In this document: positions 13,053 to 25,837 of the stretch, piece after piece
How the letters are laid out: the number at the start of each line of letters is the position of its first letter
Position numbering within the stretch: position 1 is the first letter of the stretch
Assembly: GCA_043228905.1 (NCBI GenBank)
Contig: JBHGNT010000012.1
Coordinates: 12,400,001 to 12,464,000, forward strand
DNA length: 64,000 nucleotides
Direction: 5' to 3'
Source of the DNA: Azolla caroliniana
Lineage: Eukaryota > Plantae > Polypodiophyta
Notes under the pieces: model-generated
What the model was told of the DNA's origin: nothing
Seen by the model: the letters and a program-made list of their open reading frames with translations, nothing else
Databases searched by the model: none
Position numbers and translations under genes: made by a program

Positions 13053-13700
13053 TCTGCGACCGACTCCGGAAGGCACATCATCACATGGAAGGGTTCCAGA
13101 TAAAACTCCAAGACACGATACATTTTAATAGAAAACAATGGTCAACTTACTCGTCTCAAAATACATTTTAATAGAAAACAACGAATGATCGATGATGACC
13201 TCCAAGCATCTCTTAACACACAGGTGGAGATAAAGAAGATGCGCATAGCTACATTCGAAGATGACAAAGAGGACATGACTCAACGCTACCAACAAGTCAC
13301 TGATAAGTATGAACATGTGTGAAATGCACTAGTTGTGGTAGAAGCAAAAGTGATGGTTGAGCACAACTCTGCGATAGGGCAACAAGAAGAACTAAAAAAT
13401 GAAATCAGTGCTTTAAAGTATCGATTCAGCATGGGAGAGAAAAAGGTACACTCCATCTTGAACTGACACAATCATAAGGTGCATTAGGCCATCACAAAGA
13501 CTCTAGACGAAGGTTGGAAGAAGTGGTCGGCTCAAGCAACTGAATTACAATTATTAAGGTCGACTAGGAGAACAGGAAAAAGCAAGCTCAAGGATTAACG
13601 TCACACCACAAGGAGGAAATCAACAAGTTGCTAGAAGAATACGATGACTAACAGATTACACTCGCACTAGAATATGAAAAGGACCTGAGAGACTCTTTCA
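13053..13700 (+). pseudogene. Degenerate remnant homologous to the coiled-coil extra ORF of Gypsy K (the target into which B inserted)
   Basis: Manual translation gives ...TLDEGWKKWSAQATELQLLRS (~13500-13562), against K's ESKEKLWKEWSQQAAELQTLRA. Confidence 0.65.
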
Positions 13701-13746
13701 AGATAATACATTTGCCTATTTGGGAAGAACCTACATTTACACTAAC

Positions 13747-14060
13747 TGTTCTATTCTACTTTTCCTACTTCGCAAAAATCCCTATTTCGACTACTTCCTT
13801 TCACACTAGTCTATTACTACTCCGACTCCGACAAATATACTTCGACTAGCTGATGGGCCGTTATGTCCTATATTCCTATTTCTTAGTAATAGGAATATTT
13901 TAGGGAGTCAATGTCATAGGCTCTTTGTGAGCATTGAAGTGCTTGTTAGTACTTGTGTCAGCCTGTGTTAGAGGCTTGTATAAAGAGTGCTCACTAAGCA
14001 CATTGTATGTATTGAGTCCTGCTTTTTGAAATATATTTTTCTTGTTGTCTATGCACTCAG

Positions 14061-14116
<56 letters not shown>

Positions 14117-14345
14117 TATTTCCATTCTTTGCGTTTACCTAACTATTGCCATTGTTCAACTCAACCGACTGTGTCTGTGTACAAGCTTCCACAACTTATT
14201 TTCTACATGGTATCAGAGTGCGAGGGTTAGAAGAAACTTCTGTTGCCGACAAAGTGCAGGAACATGGACAGAGGTATGGGTAGATCCCTTCCATCAGAGA
14301 AGCTCGACAGGAGCAACTATGCATCTTGGGCATACAAGATGCAAC
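13747..14345 (+). mobile_element. Truncated A-like Copia: 5' LTR, PBS and start of gag
   Basis: LTR ends TTCTACA at 14207 (start approximate). PBS TGGTATCAGAG at 14208. Gag MDRGMGRSLPSEKLDRSNYASWAYKM. Contains (CT)n(CA)n at 14062-14110. Confidence 0.8.
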
Positions 14346-14927
14346 AATATCTTCTCGACCACCGATACTAGAGTTATGTGGTAGCACCAAAGCTGTTGCA
14401 TAGAGGCTTTCTAATTGTTAGAGCTATGATCTAATGTAAGCATATGATAAGGATATAATATATATGAAATAAGAAAGGAGAGAGAGAAAGAAGGGTGCCA
14501 ATCCACTTGACCACCCCCGAGCGAAGGGATCGAGACGGACTTGAGCCTCGATCGGCGTCTCATACCACCGTTGTGGCATCGAGTCGTACCTGGTGTTGGC
14601 TCGCTCACTACAAGAGTTGAGCAACCACCGAACAAAGTCTCAAGATAGTCAAGAGACGATAAAATGAGGGTAGCTAGGCCTCATATTTATAGCGAGACTG
14701 AAGGCCCCCAGGTAAGTTCACACTTGGCCTAATGGGTTATCTCAATCCTGATGATTAAAAGTAATCCTCCCCTTCTTTACACTCTCGTCTAACCCTCACA
14801 CTTATCCACATGTATAGAATACTACGGTAAATTCTCACCACAGGATATTATATGGTCATGCTCGTAACATACTCCCCATCTTTAAAACATTGCACTCTTG
14901 CAATGGAAAGGTAGGGAAGTGTGTTCG

Positions 14928-15208
14928 GCCAAGTGTGAATTTGCCTGGTGGCCTTGGGTCTCTCTATAAATATCCCTCATTTCATCATCTCTTGACTACA
15001 TCGAGACTCTGTTTCGTGGTGGGTCAACTCTTGTAGTGAGCGCACCAGCACCAGATATGACTCAACGCAACGATGGTGGTATGGGCGCCTATCAAGGCTC
15101 GAGTCCGTCTCGATCCCTTCGCTCAAGGGTGGTCGGGTGGATTGGCACCCTTCTTCCCTCTCTCTCCTTTCTCATATATATTATATCCTTATCATATGCT
15201 TACATTAG
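14928..15208 (+). repeat. Inverted partial LTR copy occupying the place of the C' integrase
   Basis: Reverse complement of ~14430-14735, with the same subfamily-type 3' end (ATATTATATCCTTATCATATGCTTACATTAG). Confidence 0.85.
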
Positions 15209-18200
15209 TGTACGATGTATTCCAGGGTGCATCATGGCATTAAAAAAGAATTCTCTTTTTGACCTCAGGCAAATCCGAAACACAAACCTTCCCATTACGG
15301 TAGAGCAGACCATTAGCGATGTGGAAGTATTTGTTCGAGGATGTGGTGGTGTCTGTTCCAAACTCAACTCTTGCCCATTATTTCGCAAAATAACTGTCAT
15401 CAGGATACTTTCCTCGAAGGTGATTATAAAGATCTGATGTTATTTCAGTGAAGCTAAGCATGCTAACTTCACGGATGCAGCTTAGTGCATCAACGACAGT
15501 GTTCATGGAACCTTTACGATATCGTACGGAAAAATCAATGGACTTGTGGTCCGTAGTTACCACAAAATGATTTCCATAAAGATAATGGCGCCATGTCTTC
15601 AGCGCATGTATATTTGCAAATAATTCCTTTTCTTGAACGGTATACCGACATTGAGCAGAATCAAGTTTCCTACTCTCGAATGCTATTAATTTACCATCTT
15701 GATATAAGACAACACCTATAGCATAATCTCTTGCATCGGTTTGAATCTCAAAAGGTTTTGAAGGATTGGGTAAAAGAAGCAAAGGATTCTTGCACACCAA
15801 GTCCTTGAGTTCCTTAAAGGCGAGGTCTAGTGTAGCATTCCGTAGAATAGGTTTTGTAAACTTGCGCGTTTGACCTTTTAGAAGATTTGTAAATGGCGTT
15901 GTCAATTGGGAGTAATTATGAAGGGATTTTTGTAAAAACCCGACAAAACCAAGGAATGATCAAACTTTTCAAATATTCCGAAGAGTGGTCCAAAGTTTGA
16001 CTTTCTCAATGCGAGAAAGATCAATTTGAACTCTTCCTTCGGTTATGAGATGTCCAAGATAAGTAATTGATTTCTTGAAGAACTCGCATTTTGAGATCTT
16101 CGCGTAGATTTGCTTGTCGCGCAATGTTTGTAAAATAAAGCAAACATGTTTAGCATGTTCTTCTAGTGTACGACTATAAACTAGAATATTATCCAAGAAA
16201 ATAACGACAAAATTTCCAAGTTTTTCTCGGAAAATGTCATTCATTTCTTGTTGAAATGTGGCCGGAGCATTGGTCAAACCAAAAGGCATAACCAAAAACT
16301 CGTAATGGCCATAGTGCGTACGAAATGCCTTTTAGGAACATCGTCCTCACTTATACGAATTTGATGGTAGCCCGTACGGAGATCAAGTTCATAAAATACC
16401 GAGCTCCCTAGAGACGGTCAATTAGATCGTCAGCCCGGGGCAATGGATATGAATTCTTGATCGTCACTTTATTCAAGCATCGGTAATTAATACACATACG
16501 CCATGTGCCCGCTTTCTTTTTTACAAAGAGAATAGGTGCACCCCATGGAGATTTACCATAACGTATATAACCCATTCATAAATAGTCCTTGAGTTGCTTA
16601 GATACCTCATCCTCTTCGGATCGACTTAAGTGATAAGGAGGTATACTTATTGGTGCAACTCCAGGTACAATATCTATACAATGGTCTATATTACGTTTAG
16701 GAGGTAACCCATGTGGTAGTTCATTCGGAAAATCATTTAAGGTTTCATCAAGTTTTTGTTGTTCAAAATATGATAATCGAACTGAGACATTATCGATATT
16801 GTAAATGTGAATGTCTGGATCATGTACACAATAAAATAAAGTAGAACAAGACAACTCAGATATTGATGGAGAAGAAACAATCGAAAGAGATTGTTTCTGA
16901 ACACATTGAATAAAATGAGTACAATGGTTTAGTACAACAGTAATTGAACAATGAACCCAATCAATAGATAAAGAAGAGTTTTTATTAAAAAACCATGGAT
17001 AACCCAATATTACATCAGTGGTACAAAGATTCATTACATGGAAGTCTACTTCCTCTATATAAGTATCAATAGAAATTCCTAATGAATGAATCGCCCCATT
17101 CATGTATTGTACTCTTCCATCAGCCAAGTGCATGTTATATGTGTGTTCACTTACGGTGGGTTGGATTCCCTATATCTGAACCAAATGATCATTCACAAAG
17201 TTGTGTGAGCTTCCTGAATCAAACAAAAATTGTACCGGACATCCATTGATATACTCGTTTGCACGTAGTAAATCATTGGGTCCCAATACATAGTGAGGGA
17301 AAGAACATTGACAACTACTTAAATGATGTGTGTAGACCTGAAGGACCTTTATGGTCTGCACCTTTTGTTTTGCTGTCATGCTTTTTCCGTTGGAGCTTTT
17401 GACATTGCTCTTTTGTATGACCCTTCTTTTTGCAGAATACGCAAAAAGGATGATGTTGGTTACAATCGCGATCCATGAATTCGTTGGGTGTCATTCGTTT
17501 CCCAACGAATTGCGACTGCTTAGTCCCGGGCGCTTCGTTGGGTTTGTTATGGTCCTTCTTTGGAGTGCGTTTGTTACGGGCATGACCATTTAATATCCCG
17601 TGGTGAGAATTTACCGTAGTATTCTATACACGTGGATAAGTGTGAGGGTTAAACGAGAGTGTAAAGAAGGGGAGGATTAATTTTAATCCTCGGGATTGAG
17701 ACAACCCATTAGGTCAAGTGTGAACTTGCTTGGGGGCCTTGGGTATCGCTATAAATAAGAGGCCTAACTACCCTCATTTGATCATCTTTTTGACTACATC
17801 GAGACTCTGCTCTTGTGGTGGGTCAACTCTTGTAGCGCGCGCGCTAACACCAGGTACGACTCGACGCCATGGCGGTGGTATGGGACGCCGATCGAGGCTC
17901 GAGTCCATCTCGATCCCTTCGCTCGGGGGTGGTCGGCTGGATTGGCACCCTTCTTTCTCTTTCTCCTTTCTATTTATCATTTGTTTATCCTTATCTTAAG
18001 CTTACTTTAGTACTTAGATATCTAATATTTGGTATCAGATTTATGTACTAATGTTTCTTTGTTTTTCATTTGTGTTTTGATTGATGTTGATCGATCGATG
18101 TGCGGTCGGCCTTGATCCAGACAACGATCAACAAAGAACTTCGGTAACTCTTTCCATAATTTTTTTTTTCAATTCTCTCTTCTCCCATCTAATCATGTGT

Positions 18201-18275
18201 TTAGTTTATATGTCAATTTTTTTTATTAAGTCAATGATGTTGTAGTGGTCTTTAATTGATTATCTAAAACGTTTA

Positions 18276-18545
18276 CATATGTGCACGAGGTCAATACCTC
18301 GTTTGACATATTAATAATATGTGATGAGTGTCGTATGCGTACGAGGTTAATACCTCAATTACGTATTACGTTCACGAACATATGTTACGTTTGCGTATGA
18401 GTTTAATACCTTGATTTGTTGTAAACGATATGCGGTTGGTTTCGTATGCGTAAGAGGTCAATACCTCAATTGCGTATTACGATGATCTCTTATTTGAGGA
18501 TGTTTCGTGTGCGTAGAGTATATACCTCGATTACGTATCTCGATC
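18276..18545 (+). repeat. Five hairpin-forming repeats (55-62-bp period) in the 5' UTR of C
   Basis: Core CGTATGCGTA-GAGG-T(C/T)AATA-CCTC-AATTACGTATTACG, with GAG(G/T) at 18287, 18343, 18399, 18454 and 18516. Confidence 0.85.
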
Positions 18546-19719
18546 ACATCATTTGTGGCTATTTAAAATAACGATATGTTTAATATAGGCATATGTGGTC
18601 ACATATATACGTATTTGGTCGTATATATGTGATAAGTAAACATATGTGTATATTCGTTATTACGTGATTATATCGAAAGTTGTCCTTGTCAGGAAAAGGA
18701 TGTTGGTGGCCGTCCTCACATTTTTGTGAGAATGGCGTTGTCACCATCCCTTTTTCAACAATTTTTTATTGTTGAGAACCCCGTTGATGACCTTGATTTC
18801 ATTACGTAAAGAAACACCTATAACCATAATGATGTTGAGTACGTAGGGCTTGACCCATTTCAAGTGAGGTCGCTCCAATGACACACGTATCCAACATACC
18901 TCCCTCGTTACATGGATACGATGCCACCATGAGCTCGTTCTCTCGAGAGGCATTCGTAATGACGTGACCATGTGATGGCCCACGTGAGCCTACTACGAAA
19001 CGAGGGCTCATTTGGCTTGACCATTAGGTTGCACTTTGGTGTATGCCATCATAATTATGAGACTTGACGTTAGGTAACGTACCAACATAGTTTAGGTAAA
19101 TGAGGGCGAAATAAGGACCCTTGAAATATATGTTCTTTTAAAAAAGAAACATATATGATCAATTGCCTCGCATATCACTTATACGCGTCAAACATTAAGC
19201 ATTCGAGAAGAGCAACTTACTTGGTTGGCTCAAGTGTTTAATGTATTTGTTCTCGAGGTCTCGAGTTCAAATATGACCAAGACCATACAACATCCTTGAT
19301 ACATATGACTATAACACATGTTTAGACTTAAGGTCTAAGTGCACCTCGGGGTCCTCGTAATAGGACTTAAAGAGCCGAAACCACATATGTGGGCACCGAA
19401 ACATAGTTTATTGTTAACATTTTTTTCGTGTATAAACTATTCATGATGCGAACATACATGGTTGAGCCTCGGGGAGCCACCATGAAAAAATCGATATAGA
19501 GATCAGGGAAAGACATTTATTTGTCACCCCCATGGTTTTTAAAACACCTTTGTGTTACCATAGTAACCTGATCTTGAACCTCATCTCATACGTCTAGAGG
19601 GGTATTGACGTGAGATCATGATATCGATTAATGTTTGCCCATGATATGTTTACATCACGACATGATGTTATGACTATCTCTCTGACCTTATCCTATTTCT
19701 TTTCCAGAAATAATCTTTA

Positions 19720-20805
19720 ATGGCTCAAATTAACGACCCGATGTCATCCGCTCAAGCGGAAGGAACTCAAGGGAATCCTCCTGGACAAATGTCCACTGAG
19801 ATGTATTTGGCACAAATAACCCAATACCTTAGTTTCCCCGCTCAACAGATGACCGAACTTCGGCAATCTCAGAGTGCTCTTGAGGCACGTGTCATTAGTC
19901 TACAACGTGAGACTAATAGACCTGATGAGCGACAAGGTGAACCATCATTTGTCGTTAAGCCATTTACGGGAGACAAAAAGGAAAGAACTGAAGAAGTAAT
20001 CTGCACATGGCTGGGACGATGGGAGTCTCATTTTGAGCTCTATCCCACGCCAGGTAGTACGAAGATTGCATATGTCGGGTGAGAACTTGGGGGTAAGGCC
20101 ACCGCCTGGTGGCGTGGGCTCCGTACTATGGGGAAATTGCCCGATACCTAGACAGATTTTGTCACAGTTTTTAAGGGCCAATTTCTGCAACCTCCCTCTC
20201 GAACCGAGGCAACACAAGCTTTAATGAACCTCTTTAGTAGGAAATTCTCCTCTCTAGAAGACTATGTTCACCATGCTAGAACCCAAATCCAAAAATCGGA
20301 TCTAGAAGGGGACAATTGGTTGATAGCTTGTTTTGTCAATGACATCCCCAATTCGGACTATCATTGGATAGTGCACGATAAGGATCCAAAATCCTTCGAA
20401 GAGGCCGTTGAAATAGTTCTTCGCTATCAACGCACTTCGAAGAAGGACCACAACAAACCCAACGAAGCGCCCGAGACAAAGCAGTCGCAATTTGTTGGGA
20501 AACGCAAGACACCCAACGAATTCCTCGATCGCGATTGTAAGCGACAACATCCTTTTTGCGTATTCTGCAAAAAGAAGGGTCATACAAAAGATCAATGTCG
20601 AAAGCTCCAACGGAAAGAGCACGACAACAAAGCTAAAGCTGCAGACTATAAAGGTCAGATTCCTAATGTCCTTCAGGTCTATACACATCATTTAAGTAAT
20701 TGTCAATGTTCTTTCCCTCACTATGTATTGGGTCCCAATGATTTACTACGTGCAAACGGGTATATAAAAGGCTCTCCTGTACAATTTTTATTTGATTCAG
20801 GAATC
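19720..20805 (+). pseudogene. gag: Gag and truncated protease of element C
   Basis: Zinc knuckle CVFCKKKGHTKDQC; protease FLFDSG followed by a deletion; in-frame stops at ~20080 and ~20150. Confidence 0.88.
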
Positions 20806-20948
20806 TTTGTACCACCGATGTAATACTGGGTTATCCCTAGTTTTATAATAAAAAATCTTCTTTATCTATTGATTGGGTTCATCATTCCATTTCTTTTGTA
20901 CTGAACGATTGTACGCATTTTATTCAATGTGTAAAAAAACAATCCCTC

Positions 20949-23911
20949 TTGATTGTTTCCTCGTGTCCATCAATATCCGAGTTATCTTGTTCTACGTTAT
21001 TTTATTGTGTACTTGATCCGGACATTCACGTTTACAATATCGATAATGTCTCGGTTCGATTAACATATTTTGAACAACAACAACTTGATGAAATCTTAAA
21101 TGATTTTCATGATGTTTTTCCAAGTGAACTACCTGATGGGTTACCTCCTAAACGTAATATAGACCATCGTATAGATATTGTACCTGGTGTTGCACCAATA
21201 AGTATACCTCCGTATCGCTTAAGTCGATCCGAAGAAGATGAGGTATCTAAGCAACTCAAGGACTATTTACGAATGGGTTATATACGTTGTAGTAAATCTC
21301 CATGGGGTGCACCAGTTCTTTTGGTTAAAAAGAAAGAGGGTACATGGCGTATGTGTATTAATTACCGACGCTTGAATAAAGTGACGATCAAGATTTCGTA
21401 CCCATTGCCCCGGGCCGACGATCTAATTGACCGTCTCCAAGGAGCTCGGTATTTTACGAAACTTGATCTCCGTACTGGCTACCATCAAATACGAATAAGT
21501 GAGGACGATGTTCCTAAAACGGCATTTCGTACGCGCTATGGCCATTACGAGTTTTTGGTTATGCCTTTTGGTTTGACCAATGCTCCGGCTACTTTTCAAC
21601 AAGAAATGAATGACATTTTCCGTTATTTGTCGTTATTTTCATGGATGATATATTAGTTTATAGCCGTACATTACAAGAACATGCTAGACATGTCCGCTTT
21701 GTTTTACAAACATTGCGTGACAAACAGTTTTATGCAAAGATCTCAAAATGTGAGTTCTTCAAGAAATCAATTACTTATCTAGGACATCTCATAACCGAAC
21801 GAGGAGTTGAAATTGATCCTTCTCGCATTGAGAAAATCAAGCTTTGGCCCACTCTTCGGAATATTCAAGAAGTTCGATCATTCCTTGGTTTTGTTGGGTT
21901 TTTGCGAAAGTCTCTTCGTAATTACTCCCAATTGACGACGCCATTTACTGATCTTTTAAAAGGTCAAACGCGTAAGTCTACAAAACCTATTGTGTGGAAT
22001 GCTACACTAGACCTCGCCTTTAAGGAACTCAAGGACCTGGTTTGCAAGGCTCCTTCACTTCTTTTACCTGATCCTTCAAAACCTTTTGAGGTTGAAACCG
22101 ATGCCAGCAATTATGCTATAGGTGATGTCTTGTATCAAGATGGTAAACCAATAGCATTCGAGAGTAAGAAACTTGATTCTGCTCAATGTCGGTATACCGT
22201 TCAAGAAAAGGAATTATTTGCAGGTATACATGCGCTCAAAACATGGCGCCATTATCTTTATGGAAATCGCTTTGTGGTAACTACGAACCACGAGTCCTTG
22301 AAATATTTTTGTGACCAACAAGACCTGAAAGGTCGTTAGGCACGATGGGTCCATGAACACTGTCGCTGATGCACTAAGTCCCATCCGTGAAGTTAACATG
22401 CTTAGCTTCACTGAAATAACATCAGATCTTTATGATCACCTTCAAGGAAAGTATCCTGATGACAGTTATTTTGCAAAATATTGGGCAAGAGTTGAGTCTG
22501 GAACAGACACCACCACATCCTCGAAGGAATACTTCCACATTGCTAACGGTTTGCTCTACCGTAATGGGAAGGTTTGTGTTCCAGATTTACCTGAGGTCAA
22601 AAAGAGGATTCTTTTTTAATGCCATGATGCACCCTCAGCAGGGCACCCTAGAATACATCATAACTCGTTCTCATCTCCACTCAATTTTATTGGCCTATGA
22701 TGCGTCCTGACATACATAGCTATGTGACTAAATGTCACCAGTGTCAGGTTAACAAAGCTGAGCGACTTAAAGCTGCAGGACTTTTACATCCCTTGGACAT
22801 TCCCAATAATAAGTGGGAAAGCATATCCATGGATTTTATTGTTAGCCTTCCTCGCGCCCAAAAAGGCCATGATGCCATCTGGGTTGTCGTTGATCGACTA
22901 ACTAAAATGGCCAGATTTATTGCTACTAAAACCACGATAACAACTCCTGAATTGGCTTACCAATTCGTTGACGAATTAGTTCGTTTTTATGGGTTACCGA
23001 TGGATATCATGAGTGATCGAGATCCAAAGTTTACTGGTGACTTCTGGACACAAGTCTTTAAGAAGTTAGAAACTACGTTGAGCATGAGCTCCACGGATCA
23101 TCCTCAATCCGATGGACAGACAAAACGAGTAAATCAAATTATTGAGGACATGCTTCGAGCATACGTTGGTGAAAAACCAAAAAAATGGGAACGTTATCTC
23201 CCAATTTTGGAGTTTGCTTATAACTGCTCCAAGCATACGTCGACGGGATATAGTCCTTTTATGTTGATGTATGGTTTTCAGCCACGAGCCCCGATTGATG
23301 TTAATATACATCATGATGAGTTGCGAAGTACTCAAAACTTTCTTCGGGATATGCAAGATATGTTGCATATTGCACGAGATAATATAAAAACAGCTCAAGA
23401 TAGAGCGCGTTTTTATGCCGATCATCATAGGCAACCTCGTGTATTCAACCCTGGACAGAAGGTATTTTTACGTGTACCTCACAATTCTAAGACATTGTCT
23501 ACGGGTAAGTGCGCTAAGATAGCCCCACGGTTTTGTGGACCTTTTACAGTCCTCAAACGCATTGGGTCATCAGCCTATCGTCTTGCTCTTCCCGATGGTG
23601 TTGGAATTCATCCAGTCTTCCATGTGAATCGTCTAAAAGAACTTCTGGGTTCTGGCGACAATACAGTTACAACTGAAACTCTGGTTACTTCTGACGAATT
23701 ATCTTCTAAACCACATGTACCCGAAAGAATTCTCGATGTTAAAACAAAAAAATTATGTACTAAAGAAATCCGAGAATTTAAAATAAAATGGATGGATAAA
23801 TCAATAAAAGATGCCACATGGGAACGCAAAAATACTCTCAGAACTAATTTCCCTAACTTTCCATTGCAAGAGTGCAATGTTTTAAAGAGGGGGAGTATGT
23901 TACGGGCATGA
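20949..23911 (+). pseudogene. pol: Pol of element C: RT, RNase H, integrase and chromodomain, frameshifted
   Basis: [14 protein letters not shown]...[12 protein letters not shown]; RNase H ETDAS...EKELFA; integrase WESISMDFI...HPQSDGQT; GPF/HPVFHV; chromodomain PERILD...KIKW...DATWE. Confidence 0.93.
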
Positions 23912-24707
23912 CCATTTAATATCCCGTGGTGAGAATTTACCGTAGTATTCTATACACGTGGATAAGTGTGAGGGTTAAACGAGAGTGTAAAGAAGGGGAG
24001 GATTAATTTTAATCCTCGGGATTGAGATAACCCATTAGGTCAAGTGTGAACTTGCCTGGGGGCCTTGGGTATCGCTATAAATAAGAGGCCTAGCTACCCT
24101 CATTTGATCATCTTTTTGACTACATCGAGACTCTACTCTTGTGGTGGGTCAACTCTTGTAGCGAGCGCGCCAACACCAGGTATGACTCGACGCCACGGCG
24201 GTGGTATGGGACGCCGATCGAGGCTCGAGTCCGTCTCGATCCCTTCGCTCGGGGGTGGTCGGGTGGATCAACACCCTTCTTTCTCTTTCTCCTTTCTATC
24301 TATCATTTGTTTATCCTTATCTTAAGCTTACTTTAGTACTTAGATCTCTAATAACGTTGATAGTGAAGAACTATTTCAACAACGGCCTCTTCGAAGGATT
24401 TGGGATCCTTATCGTGCACTGTCATTGGGGATGCCATTGACAAAACAAGCTATCAACCAATTGTCCCCGTTTAGACCCTATTTTTGGATTTGGGTTCTAG
24501 CATGGTGAACACGGTCTTCTAGCGAGGAAAACCTCCTCCTCGAGAGGTTCATTAAAGTTTGTGCTGCCTCGGTTCGAGATGGAAGTTGCAAAAATTGGGC
24601 CTTGAAAATTGTGACAAAATCTATCTAGGTATCGGGCAATTTCCCCAATGTTCGGAGCCCACACCACCAGACGGTGGCCTTACCCGCTAGTTCTTAACTA
24701 ACATATG

Positions 24708-25152
24708 CAATCTTCGTACTATCTGGCATGGGATAGAGCTCAAAATGAGACTCCCATCGGCCCAACCACGTGCAGATTGCTTCTTCGGTTCATTCCTTTT
24801 TTTCTTTCGTAAATGGCTTTACGACGAATCATGGTTCACCCTGACGCTCATCGGGTCTATTGATTTCACGTTGTAAACTAATGACATGTGCCTTGAGAGC
24901 ACTTTGAGATTGCCGAAGTTCGGACATAGGCAATCTTCGTACTATCTGGCGTGGGATAGAGCTCAAAATGAGACTCCCATCGGCCCAGCCACGTGCATAT
25001 TGCTTCTTCGGTTCTTTCCTTTTTCTCTCTCGTAAATGGTTTTACGATGAAACATGGTTCACCCTGACGATCATCGGGTCTATTGATTTCACGTTGTAAA
25101 CTAATGACACGTGCCTTGAGAGCACTTTGAGATTGCCGAAGTTTGGACATCT
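24708..25152 (-). repeat. ~223-bp tandem duplication in the gag of C'
   Basis: CAATCTTCGTACTATCTGGC starts at both 24708 and 24931. Confidence 0.9.
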
Positions 25153-25837
25153 GATGAGTGGTTGAACGAAGGAAATTTTGTATTTGTAAGAAATACGACT
25201 CAATGGAGATTGGTCTAGGAGGATTTCCTTGAGTTCCTTCTGCTTGAGCAGATGTCATCGGGTCGTTATTATGAGCCATTGAATGATAATTTCTGGCAAA
25301 GAAATAGGATAAGGTCAGACAAATAGTCATAACATTATGTCTTATGTAAACATATCCTGGGCCAACATTAATCGATATCATGATCTCATGTAAATACCCC
25401 TCTAGACGTATGAGATGAGGTTCCAGGTCAGGTTACTATAGTAACACAAAGGTGTTTTAAAAACCATGGTGGTGATAAATGAATTTCTTTCCCTGATCTC
25501 TATATCGATTTATTCATGGCGGATCCCCGAGGCTCAACCACATGTATATTCGCGTCATGAATAGTTTATACACGAAAAAATGTTAACAATAAACTACGCC
25601 TCTTACGCCTCTGTGCCCCTCTATGTGATTTCGGCTCATTAAGTCCGATTACGAGGACCCCAAAGTGCACTTAGACCTAAAGTCTAAACATGTGTTATAG
25701 TCATATGTATCAATAATGTTGTATGACCTTGGTCATATTTGAACTCTAGACCTCGAGAACAAATGCATCATGTTGGGATATCGGTCCCTCCGGATGGGAT
25801 GTCCGGAGATGAATGACGGCAAGCCCGGTTGCGGTTA

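Larger units (their letters stand above)
17572..24353 (+). mobile_element. Element C: full-length Ty3/Gypsy chromovirus
   Basis: 456-bp LTRs 17572-18027 and 23898-24353 (~15 substitutions by eye). TSD GCGTT/ACGTT. PBS TGGTATCAGA at 18030; PPT AAAGAGGGGGAG at 23884-23895. Confidence 0.95.

Noticed and set aside
18276-18545. CRISPR array (palindromic repeats with variable spacers)
   Set aside because: Repeats are degenerate, spacers are short, no cas genes are present, and the array lies inside a eukaryotic retrotransposon UTR.
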